Shown here piece by piece: positions 56,820 through 64,000 of a stretch of DNA of 64,000 nucleotides; within the stretch, counting starts at the first letter, position 1, and each line of letters opens with the position of its first letter. The notes beneath the pieces were generated by a model. That model saw only the letters and a list, made by a program, of their open reading frames with translations, was not told the DNA's origin and did not search any database. The DNA comes from a virus. The stretch covers positions 1 through 64,000 of IMG/VR virus record IMGVR_UViG_3300048930_001424. One strand, written 5' to 3'. The translations under genes were made by a program, and so were the position numbers.

Positions 56820-57646
56820 TGCCCCGGTTGGTGCCCGTGGAGATCGGCGAGACCGTTCACCTCGATGCCATTATCAAGGGCAAGCACGTCGCCACTCGTG
56901 CCCGGCTTCGGCTGCTCAAGCCGACCTTGGATGCTCGGTACACCGAGTATTCCGGCACCACGGCGGCGTTTGAGGCGCTCGCGGCCAGCACGCTGGTCGG
57001 CACGGCTATAGATGATTGTGTGGACTGCTACAACCTTGATCGCAAGCCCGTCGCGGCGCTGAAGCAGGCGATTCTGGACGCGAGACCTGCGAATCGCAGG
57101 TCGCTGTGCCAGTGGTGCCTGATCGACACCTGGAGTGATCTGGATCACTTCGTGCCAAAGGAAACGTTCCCGGAGTTCTCGGTGATGGCCCGTAATCTTG
57201 CGCCGTGCTGCTCCAAGTGCAACAAGGCGAAGGGTGACTACTGGCCCCCGGTTGGCGTCGTACCCGAGGTGCTGAGCCTCTACTACTCGTCGCTGCTCGA
57301 TCGACCCTATCTCGCCGCGACCGTGACGCATGCCTTGGGTGGTTCGTCCGCGATCCAGTTTGCAATCCGGCGGGACGTCGGGCTGACCGCCGCAGAGATT
57401 GTGACCCTGGAGACCCACTACTCACGGCTGAAGCTGATGCCACGACTACAAGATGCCGGCATTAGCGCATTGTCGCGATTCCGTGAGACTCTTCGCGCAC
57501 ATGGGGTACAGAGGGCAAATGCAGTTCAGTTCCTCAGCGACGAGGCTGTCGGCTTGACGACCGCCTTTGGTGCAAATCACTATGAAGCATTGACGGCGAC
57601 AGCGCTTGCGGCGGCTCCGGCGGCGTTGGATGACTATCTGGCATGA
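56819..57646 (+). CDS. HNH endonuclease (Septu PtuB-like)
   Basis: CQWC...LDHFVPK..FPEFSV..NL.PCCSKCNKAKG; TGATG coupling to the ATPase. Confidence 0.8.
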   Translation: MPRLVPVEIGETVHLDAIIKGKHVATRARLRLLKPTLDARYTEYSGTTAAFEALAASTLVGTAIDDCVDCYNLDRKPVAALKQAILDARPANRRSLCQWCLIDTWSDLDHFVPKETFPEFSVMARNLAPCCSKCNKAKGDYWPPVGVVPEVLSLYYSSLLDRPYLAATVTHALGGSSAIQFAIRRDVGLTAAEIVTLETHYSRLKLMPRLQDAGISALSRFRETLRAHGVQRANAVQFLSDEAVGLTTAFGANHYEALTATALAAAPAALDDYLA

Positions 57647-57738
57647 GTGTCGCCCTACGCAGCGAGCCGTCGATGTTGGGCGCGACAAACCCGGCTGGTT
57701 AGCAGAGGGGTATGGTCGAGGGCTGCGTCCCTCGCCAT

Positions 57739-58008
57739 ATGCCACGACACAAATCGCAGAACAACCCGACGCTGGCGGGCACGCCGTGCGTTCCGGCCCG
57801 CGCCATCGAACTCCTCGCGGCGGGGACGGCCCGGCTGATCGACGCGAGCGCCCACGATTCGAGCGTCATCATTGAACACGCCGGTTCCCTTCGGGCGGGA
57901 CTTGAACTCGCGGATCATGCCGCCCTCAGTGTGCCTACGGGTGAACGCCACCGTCCCGAACCGGAGAACCCGGGACGATGCTGCCCGAAGGAGCCTGAAG
58001 GACGATGA
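57739..58008 (+). CDS. small hypothetical protein (paralog of 2112-2402)
   Basis: AIELLAAG...GLEL; ATGA overlap with DUF2924. Confidence 0.45.
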   Translation: MPRHKSQNNPTLAGTPCVPARAIELLAAGTARLIDASAHDSSVIIEHAGSLRAGLELADHAALSVPTGERHRPEPENPGRCCPKEPEGR

Positions 58009-58517
58009 GGACCACCGCAACCATCCAGCAACAGATCGACGAGCTGCGAGACATGCCCGTGTCGCGGCTCCGCGAGCGCTACGCGGAAGTATTCGGCGAG
58101 CCGACAGCCTCCGGAAATCGCCAGTGGCTTTTCCGGCGGGTGGCCTGGCGAATCCAGTCCTTGGCCGAAGGGGACCTCTCCGAGCGGGCGCGGCGTCGGG
58201 CCGCGGAGTTGGCCCGGGACGTCGACGTCCGGGTCCGGCCGCCGGGGGAACGGGAATCCGACAAAGTCCGCTCCGGCGCGCGGCTCGTGACAATCACTGG
58301 ACGGCTCGCGTCGGCGGGAACCGACCGCCTGCCCGCGCCCGGCACCGTCCTGCGGCGCACGTTCAAGGGCGCTGAGCACGAGGTGACGGTTCTCCCCTAC
58401 GGCTTCGAGTACGAGGGGAAGGCGTACCGATCCCTGTCGGCGGTGGCGACGGCGATCACAGGGTCGCACTGGAACGGGTTCCTGTTCTTCGGGCTGACCA
58501 AGAAGGGAACAACATGA
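58005..58517 (+). CDS. DUF2924 domain protein
   Basis: LRERYAEVFGEPT...GFEYEGKAYRSLSAVATAITGSHWNGFLFFGL. Confidence 0.85.
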   Translation: MRTTATIQQQIDELRDMPVSRLRERYAEVFGEPTASGNRQWLFRRVAWRIQSLAEGDLSERARRRAAELARDVDVRVRPPGERESDKVRSGARLVTITGRLASAGTDRLPAPGTVLRRTFKGAEHEVTVLPYGFEYEGKAYRSLSAVATAITGSHWNGFLFFGLTKKGTT

Positions 58518-60106
58518 GCTCCGCCGTCACCAAGCGTCCCGCCGCTTCGCGCCGCGCCGCCGCGGACGCCGCGCTGGGAAGCTCCTCGCCGTCTAAGTCG
58601 GGCCCGCGGACCATCCGCTGCGCCATCTACACGCGCAAGAGCACCGAGGAGGGCCTCAACCAGGAGTTCAACAGCCTGGACGCCCAGCGCGAGAGCGCCA
58701 TCGCGTACATCGCCAGCCAGAAGAACGAGGGGTGGCTGTGCATCTCCGAGAAGTACGACGACGGTGGATTCACCGGCGGGAACATCGAGCGTCCTGCGCT
58801 CAAGCGGCTGATGGCCGACATCGAAGCGGGGAAGGTCGACTGCGTGGTGGTCTACAAGGTAGACCGGCTCAGCCGATCGCTGATGGATTTCGCGCGGCTG
58901 ATGGCGCTCTTCGACCGCAAGGGCGTGTCGTTCGTCTCCGTCACGCAGCAGTTCAACACGACCCACTCGATGGGCCGCCTGACGCTGAACATCCTGCTGT
59001 CGTTCGCACAGTTCGAGCGGGAGATCATCTCCGAGCGAACGCGGGACAAGATCGCCTCCGCGCGGCGCAAGGGCAAGTACCAGCACGGCAAGCCAATCTT
59101 GGGGTACGACTTCGTGCCCGCGCCGGCTCCATTCACGGGGCGGCGCCTGGTCGTCAACCAGGTCGAGGCGGGTCGCGTCCGGCGCATCTTCGAGTTGTAC
59201 CTCGAGGTCGAGAGCATCCTGCGAGTTGCCGACGAGTGCAACACCCGCGGTTGGACCACGAAGTCGTGGACGACCACCGCTGGGCGCACGGTCGGCAACC
59301 GGGAGTTCGACAAAACCATCATCTCGCGGCTCCTTCGCAACCCGCTCTACCTCGGGAAGGTGCCGCACAACGGTGCGGTGTACGACGGCGAGCACGAAGC
59401 GATCATCGACGAGGATCTGTTCCGCCGCGTCCAAGCCCAACTCAAACTCGCCGGCGAGCGCGGCGGGGCCGGCGTGAAGAACTCGACAGGGTCGCTCCTG
59501 GGCGGGTTGGTCCGGTGCAAGGGGTGCGAGTGCGCGATGTCCCCGAGCAGTGCATCGAAGAAGAAGTCCGACGGGTCACGCACCCGATACCGCTACTACG
59601 TCTGCTGCAACGCGGTGAAGCGCGGGCGGCAGCACTGCGCCGCCCCGTCCTTGCCCGGGCCGGCGCTCGAAGCGTTCGTCCTTGACCAGGTGAAGGCCAT
59701 TCTGGCCGACTCCCCGCAGATGACGGCTGTCGTTGGCCGTGCGATCGATCTCCTCCGCGAGGCCGCCAGCGCTCGGATCGCGGAGCAGACGCGGCTCCGT
59801 GCCGTGCTCGAACGGCTCTCCGGCGAGGAGCCAACGGCCGCCACGCGCCGCGAGATCGAGCGTGTGCGGCGAACGCTCGCGGCGGTTTCCGCGCAGGTGG
59901 CGGCGGACGCCGACCGCCTCATCGACGAGGACGAGGTGGCCGGAGCGGTGGAGGCTTTCGACGGGGTCTGGAACGCGATGACGCAGGCCGAACGCGCCGA
60001 GTTCCTGCACGTCGTGATCGCGTCAGTTGAGTACGACGGCCAGACGCAGGACGTCTCGATCACCTTCAACCCCGAACTCAATCCAGCGGAGACACCCAGC
60101 GAATGA
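58514..60106 (+). CDS. large serine recombinase
   Basis: CAIYTRKST, VVVYKVDRLSRS, FAQFEREIISERTRDK, Zn ribbon. Confidence 0.95.
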   Translation: MSSAVTKRPAASRRAAADAALGSSSPSKSGPRTIRCAIYTRKSTEEGLNQEFNSLDAQRESAIAYIASQKNEGWLCISEKYDDGGFTGGNIERPALKRLMADIEAGKVDCVVVYKVDRLSRSLMDFARLMALFDRKGVSFVSVTQQFNTTHSMGRLTLNILLSFAQFEREIISERTRDKIASARRKGKYQHGKPILGYDFVPAPAPFTGRRLVVNQVEAGRVRRIFELYLEVESILRVADECNTRGWTTKSWTTTAGRTVGNREFDKTIISRLLRNPLYLGKVPHNGAVYDGEHEAIIDEDLFRRVQAQLKLAGERGGAGVKNSTGSLLGGLVRCKGCECAMSPSSASKKKSDGSRTRYRYYVCCNAVKRGRQHCAAPSLPGPALEAFVLDQVKAILADSPQMTAVVGRAIDLLREAASARIAEQTRLRAVLERLSGEEPTAATRREIERVRRTLAAVSAQVAADADRLIDEDEVAGAVEAFDGVWNAMTQAERAEFLHVVIASVEYDGQTQDVSITFNPELNPAETPSE

Positions 60107-60573
60107 CCTCACCCTCCAAACAGGCAGGCCGCGCTTCGGGTTTCGTCCCGATCACGACGACGGCGAGATTCGTCGTGCCGGGACGGGAACGAGCGGTGGC
60201 GCCTTACGGGGTTGCGCAGAAGCCCGTATCACCCGGTCGGGTGCCGCGGGTCGCGCGGTTGATGGCGCTGGCGATCCGGTTCGATGCCCTGGTTCGGGAG
60301 GGAGCGGTGAGCACGCAGGCCGAGCTAGCTGCGGTCGGCCATGTCACGCGGGCGCGTGTGACCCAGATCATGAACCTCCTCCACCTCGCGCCAGACCTGC
60401 AGGAGGCCATCCTTTTTATGCCTCCTGTCGCGCGCGGCCGAGACCCGGTGACCGAGCATGAACTTCGGCCCATCGCGGCTGAGGTCGATTGGGGCCGTCA
60501 GCGTCACTTGTGGCGACGTGCTTATCAGACGTTTTGCGGCGAAACACCTCATCTTGCGGCCAATCCCGGGTGA
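60103..60573 (+). CDS. recombinase-associated HTH protein
   Basis: RVARLMALAIRFD...VTRARVTQIMNLLHLAPDLQE; paralog of 4495-4902. Confidence 0.7.
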   Translation: MTSPSKQAGRASGFVPITTTARFVVPGRERAVAPYGVAQKPVSPGRVPRVARLMALAIRFDALVREGAVSTQAELAAVGHVTRARVTQIMNLLHLAPDLQEAILFMPPVARGRDPVTEHELRPIAAEVDWGRQRHLWRRAYQTFCGETPHLAANPG

Positions 60574-60664
60574 AGATGTGCCTCTCGGCGGTCGATGCCA
60601 ATAACAGCGACCAGACGCCAGCGCGGGCGTGTTTCCCGGAACGGCGGTCGTCGAGGCCGACCGC

Positions 60665-61450
60665 ATGGGACACACCCGATTTGGCAACTTACCGAGATCG
60701 CGGAAGTGGAAAGAGGTGATCGGCCTCATCGCCGCCGGCGCCGGCGCTGATCAGATCGCCAACGCGATTATCCGCGCGGCCGAGTCCGGCCTCATGGCCG
60801 CGGCGCATCATACAGGTCTCGTCGAGGCATTCTGGTCGCTCACGCAGCTCACACAGGCGGCGCGAGAGAAGGACTTTGCCGCCGGCCTTCGAGCCCGTGG
60901 CTTTGATGTCCCTGACAACCCCAGCTTGCCGGCAATCATGAGCGCCGTGTCGGCCGCGATCGACCGCAGCATGCCCAACAACAAGGGCCGTACCGATCTG
61001 GGCGAGATGGCACACGCCGCAGCGATCGAGACCACGAACCGGATCGTAACCGAGCGGGTCTCGTCGTCCCTCTTTGGGGTCTCCGCTCAAGACGTTCAGC
61101 GCGCCTTCCACGACCTCGGCACGGTCAAGAACTTCGGCGACCTCGGCAAGCGGTTCTTCGGCCAGTTGACCAACAAGGTTCTCCAGTCATACGCGAGCCG
61201 CGAGTGCGCGAATCACGTCGGTCAGGGGCAGCGGTTTGCCAACCTCGCCGCGAAGGCCGCCTTCGATGAGGCGATGAACGTGCACTGCAGGCAGGCCGCC
61301 GTGATCGTCCAGAAGTTTGCCGGGGAGTGGCAGTCGAAACAAAACTGGACGAACAAGGACATCGGCGGGATCACGCGCAAGCACGCCGAGGGGTTTGCTC
61401 ACCAGGCGATGAAAAAGATGGTGGCCGAACTAAAGGAGGGGAACAAGTGA
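60665..61450 (+). CDS. QueC-partner protein (QatB-like, N-terminal Gly)
   Basis: MGHTRFGNLPRSRKW...; helical; GTGA-coupled to the QueC-like gene. Confidence 0.55.
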   Translation: MGHTRFGNLPRSRKWKEVIGLIAAGAGADQIANAIIRAAESGLMAAAHHTGLVEAFWSLTQLTQAAREKDFAAGLRARGFDVPDNPSLPAIMSAVSAAIDRSMPNNKGRTDLGEMAHAAAIETTNRIVTERVSSSLFGVSAQDVQRAFHDLGTVKNFGDLGKRFFGQLTNKVLQSYASRECANHVGQGQRFANLAAKAAFDEAMNVHCRQAAVIVQKFAGEWQSKQNWTNKDIGGITRKHAEGFAHQAMKKMVAELKEGNK

Positions 61451-63474
61451 ACCCTCCCGAGATGCTGTTCGCGTGCAATGAGGCCGCTTCGTCCCATCCT
61501 GGTACGGTTGCCGGCGTGTCCAAGCTCCGCACCGCGGGGCCGGGAAAAAACGTCACCGTCGAGATCAACGACATCGGCCGGCAGCTCAACCAAAACATCC
61601 CCGCGCCGCTCATCGACCTGGTCGAGATCGCCGCGCTCGTGTTTGTCGCCGATCAGATGCAGCGTCGCGGCGAGGACGATGTCGAATCGATGGGTGCGTC
61701 CTGGCGTCGCCGCATGCGGTTCGAGATTCCCGTCCGCGTTCCGAAGCTCTGGAGCTCCGCCGAGGTCGGCGATGCGCTTCAGGCACTTCTGAGTTTCCTC
61801 TCGGAGGATGAGTACGAGTTCACGTTCACCCAGTACAAGCATCCTCCCACGCTCGACGCGTACTTGAACTTCGGCTCGCTCATCTCGGCCGACCCTGCCG
61901 AGTCGGTGGTCCTGTTCTCGGGCGGCTTGGATTCTCTGGGCGGCACCCTCGAAGAAGTGGTTCAGGACAAACGATCCACGCTGCTGGTTACGCATGCGTC
62001 GGCCAGCACGAAGCGAGAGCGCCACAAGACCCTGCGGGGCATGATCGCTAGCGCCGCGCCGGGCCCCAAGCCCCAATTCATCAGGATTCGCGCCGACAAG
62101 AAGCACCGATCTGAGCGGGAGTACACGCAGCGGGCTCGGTCCTTTCTCTACGCGTCGTTCGCCGTGGCAGTGGCTCGCATGGCCGGGCTGGACGCCATCC
62201 GGTTCTACGAGAATGGCGTCGTGAGTCTGAATCTGCCCCTCTCACCCCAGGTCGTCGGCTCGCGCGCGACCCGCACGACCCATCCCAGGGTGCTCGCTTG
62301 CATGCAGACGTTCTTTTCGCTCATCACGGGGACATCGTTCAGCGTGGAGAACGGGTTCCTCTGGAAGACCAAGAGCGAAGTGGTCAGCGACATCATTAAG
62401 CTCGGCCACGGCGCGATGATTGACTACTCCACGAGCTGCACGCACACCCGCAAGTACCGCACCGATCAGCCCCACTGTGGCGAGTGTTCCCAATGCATCG
62501 ATCGACGGTTCGCGGTCTTGTCCAGTGGCGGTGAACAGTTCGAGCCCGCGGACCGGTACCGCCACAAGCTGCTGACCGAAGCGCGCGGCGAGGGCGAGTC
62601 ACGGATCATGTTGGCGTCGTACCTGGAGACGGCTCAGCAGGTCGCGGAGATGGACATCACCGCATTCTACAACCGGTATGGAGAAGCAGCCCGCGCGTTC
62701 CCCCACATCAAACTACCTGTGGATGAAGCGGCGAAGCGGATCTTCGAGCTCTACCAGCGCCACGGGAAGCAGGTCGCGTCGGCTATCGACGCAGCCGGCA
62801 AGGCGTACATGTCCGAGATCCGGAAACGCACCCTGCCCGAGACGTGCACGTTGCGCCTCGTGCATGATCCGAACCCCAACACGACGATTGCGAGCGCCCC
62901 GTCGGCGTCGGGCATAGCCGAACCGCCGCCGCCGTCGCACCAGCTCGTTCAGGAGGGCCAGGGCTGGCTGCTGCGGTTCGACGGAATCGACAAGCGATTC
63001 GAGCTCAGCGTGGGCATGGTCTATCTGCAGGCCATGCTGTATCGGCCAAACAAGCGGTTCACGGTGGCCGAGCTCTACTCCATCGCCCGTCCGCACATGA
63101 AGGACATCCCGAGCGCCCGGGCAGAGGCGCAGTTGGATGCGAAGGGAGCGCGTTTAGTCTGGGTGAGGATCACCGAGGTCAACGACGCGATCGCCGCCGC
63201 CATCAAGGCCGGCGATACCACCGCCCAGAAGGTCGCAGAGAACGAGAAGGAGAAACTGCTCGCGTACCTGCGTGAGCACAACTTCGCCGGACGCATGAAG
63301 GTGGAAAGCGCCGACCACAAGCGTCTCAGGGACCGTGTCCGCAATCGGGTGAACGACGCGATCGGAATCATCAAGAAGTATCACGCCACCGCCGGCGACC
63401 ACATCGACGGAGCCATATCTCGTGGCTCTGTCATGGCTTACGCGCCCGTCGACCTGCCGCCGTGGGAGTTCTGA
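61447..63474 (+). CDS. QueC-like (QatC/Cap9-type) PP-loop protein with C-terminal wHTH-like domain
   Basis: LFSGGLDS, QRARSFLY, ENGVVSLNLP, TRTTHP, SC...HCGECSQCIDRR; about 180-aa C-terminal extension. Confidence 0.8.
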   Translation: MNPPEMLFACNEAASSHPGTVAGVSKLRTAGPGKNVTVEINDIGRQLNQNIPAPLIDLVEIAALVFVADQMQRRGEDDVESMGASWRRRMRFEIPVRVPKLWSSAEVGDALQALLSFLSEDEYEFTFTQYKHPPTLDAYLNFGSLISADPAESVVLFSGGLDSLGGTLEEVVQDKRSTLLVTHASASTKRERHKTLRGMIASAAPGPKPQFIRIRADKKHRSEREYTQRARSFLYASFAVAVARMAGLDAIRFYENGVVSLNLPLSPQVVGSRATRTTHPRVLACMQTFFSLITGTSFSVENGFLWKTKSEVVSDIIKLGHGAMIDYSTSCTHTRKYRTDQPHCGECSQCIDRRFAVLSSGGEQFEPADRYRHKLLTEARGEGESRIMLASYLETAQQVAEMDITAFYNRYGEAARAFPHIKLPVDEAAKRIFELYQRHGKQVASAIDAAGKAYMSEIRKRTLPETCTLRLVHDPNPNTTIASAPSASGIAEPPPPSHQLVQEGQGWLLRFDGIDKRFELSVGMVYLQAMLYRPNKRFTVAELYSIARPHMKDIPSARAEAQLDAKGARLVWVRITEVNDAIAAAIKAGDTTAQKVAENEKEKLLAYLREHNFAGRMKVESADHKRLRDRVRNRVNDAIGIIKKYHATAGDHIDGAISRGSVMAYAPVDLPPWEF

Positions 63475-63476
63475 CT

Positions 63477-63519
63477 CCGCTACGCCGAATGTAGCGGCCC
63501 GCTACGCCGCGTGTAGCCC
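63477..63519. promoter_or_regulatory. tandem palindromic operator-like sites CCGCTAC-N7-GTAGC(GG/CC) x2
   Basis: 63477-63497 is a perfect 7-bp inverted repeat; near-identical copy at 63499-63519 (22-bp period). Confidence 0.6.
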
Positions 63520-63630
63520 CGGACGTGCCGGAGCGGCTGCCCGGCAGGACGTCCTCCACGTTTCCTGATCCACATCTCGCACCGAGCTGCTGCCGGGCCC
63601 TGCGGGCGATGTCTGGCACGAGGAGGCATC

Positions 63631-64000
63631 ATGCCTTCGATCGCAGCAGACCGGGCGCTGACGTGCGCCGATCGTAGCGGCTTTGCCGCTTTCCCTTCCC
63701 TCACCGTCCGGCAGATGGAGTTCCGCACCGAGCGTCTCGGACGGCTGTACTCCCTCTTCCCCGACCAGGTCGCCGATCTCCGGCAGGAGTTGGCGGCCGA
63801 GATCGTGCGCGCGCTGCGGCGGTTCGATCCGACGATCGCCTCGCGGACGACGTTCATGAAGGGCGTCATGAACCTCTGGTACCGGCAGAAGTGCAAGCAG
63901 CTGCGCCGCGAAGCGGCGGAACGCGACCGGCTCGTTCCTCTGCCGCCGCTGGGGACCGAGGGCAGGGACTTCGCAGACCGCCGCCTCGGTGGCGTGGCCG
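63631..64000 (+). CDS. sigma-70-like factor (truncated by window end)
   Basis: Translated by hand after the AGGAGG RBS: ...DLRQELAAEIVRALRRFDPTIASRTTFMKGVMN..., region-2-like and similar to 8394-8915; absent from the ORF track because it has no stop. Confidence 0.6.
   Translation, partial: MPSIAADRALTCADRSGFAAFPSLTVRQMEFRTERLGRLYSLFPDQVADLRQELAAEIVRALRRFDPTIASRTTFMKGVMNLWYRQKCKQLRREAAERDRLVPLPPLGTEGRDFADRRLGGVA

Larger units (their letters stand above)
31733..57646. other. defence island
   Basis: Cluster of restriction-like, GmrSD, type I RM, ATPase-HNH and HEPN genes between two prophage-like elements. Confidence 0.8.
57650..64000 (+). mobile_element. Element 2: paralogous prophage/integrative element (left end only)
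   Basis: Same order as element 1: small ORF, DUF2924, serine recombinase, HTH, cargo-wHTH, sigma-like gene. Confidence 0.75.

Noticed and set aside
55359-57646. Retron-associated PtuAB
   Set aside because: No reverse transcriptase or msr-msd region nearby
1907-57658. CGCCCTAC 8-mers at 1907 (reverse), ~51340 and 57651 as att cores
   Set aside because: Too short, inconsistent in orientation and expected by chance; no long terminal direct repeat was found by eye
61447-63474. Housekeeping queC
   Set aside because: Much longer than canonical QueC, has QatC-like motifs and lacks a queDEF context
1-64000. tRNA/rRNA genes and IS transposases
   Set aside because: None recognised in the window

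Overview
High-GC window made entirely of mobile and accessory DNA. The gene repertoire resembles Planctomycetota (Phycisphaerae-like) prophage regions, which is an inference. (1) 1-1906: a TIGR04255-like / hypothetical / HNH operon. (2) ~2000-31719: an apparently intact lambda-like siphoviral prophage with a DUF2924 + large serine recombinase module, a sigma-70-like factor, primase-polymerase/D5 helicase, ParB-DNA methyltransferase, GpA terminase, portal, protease-capsid fusion and tail genes. It ends in an unusual trio of methyltransferase, Maf/CstII-like glycosyltransferase and Ser/Gly-rich Hint protein. No lysis or tail-fibre genes are recognisable. A bipartite motif CCGCCAC-N12-TCGCGTAGATG recurs exactly upstream of the recombinase, replication and head operons, suggesting a phage-sigma regulon. 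(3) 31733-57646: a dense defence island with an XRE-ImmA pair, a DUF499/DUF1156/SNF2 restriction-like system carrying a PRTase-like gene, a NADAR-methylase fusion and a HEPN gene, GmrSD, type I RM whose HsdS has an extra C-terminal domain, and a Septu-like ATPase + HNH pair. (4) ~57650-64000: the start of a second, paralogous element with DUF2924-recombinase, a two-gene QueC-like module fused to a wHTH, tandem palindromic operators and a truncated sigma-like gene. All family assignments come from motif recognition by eye, not database searches.
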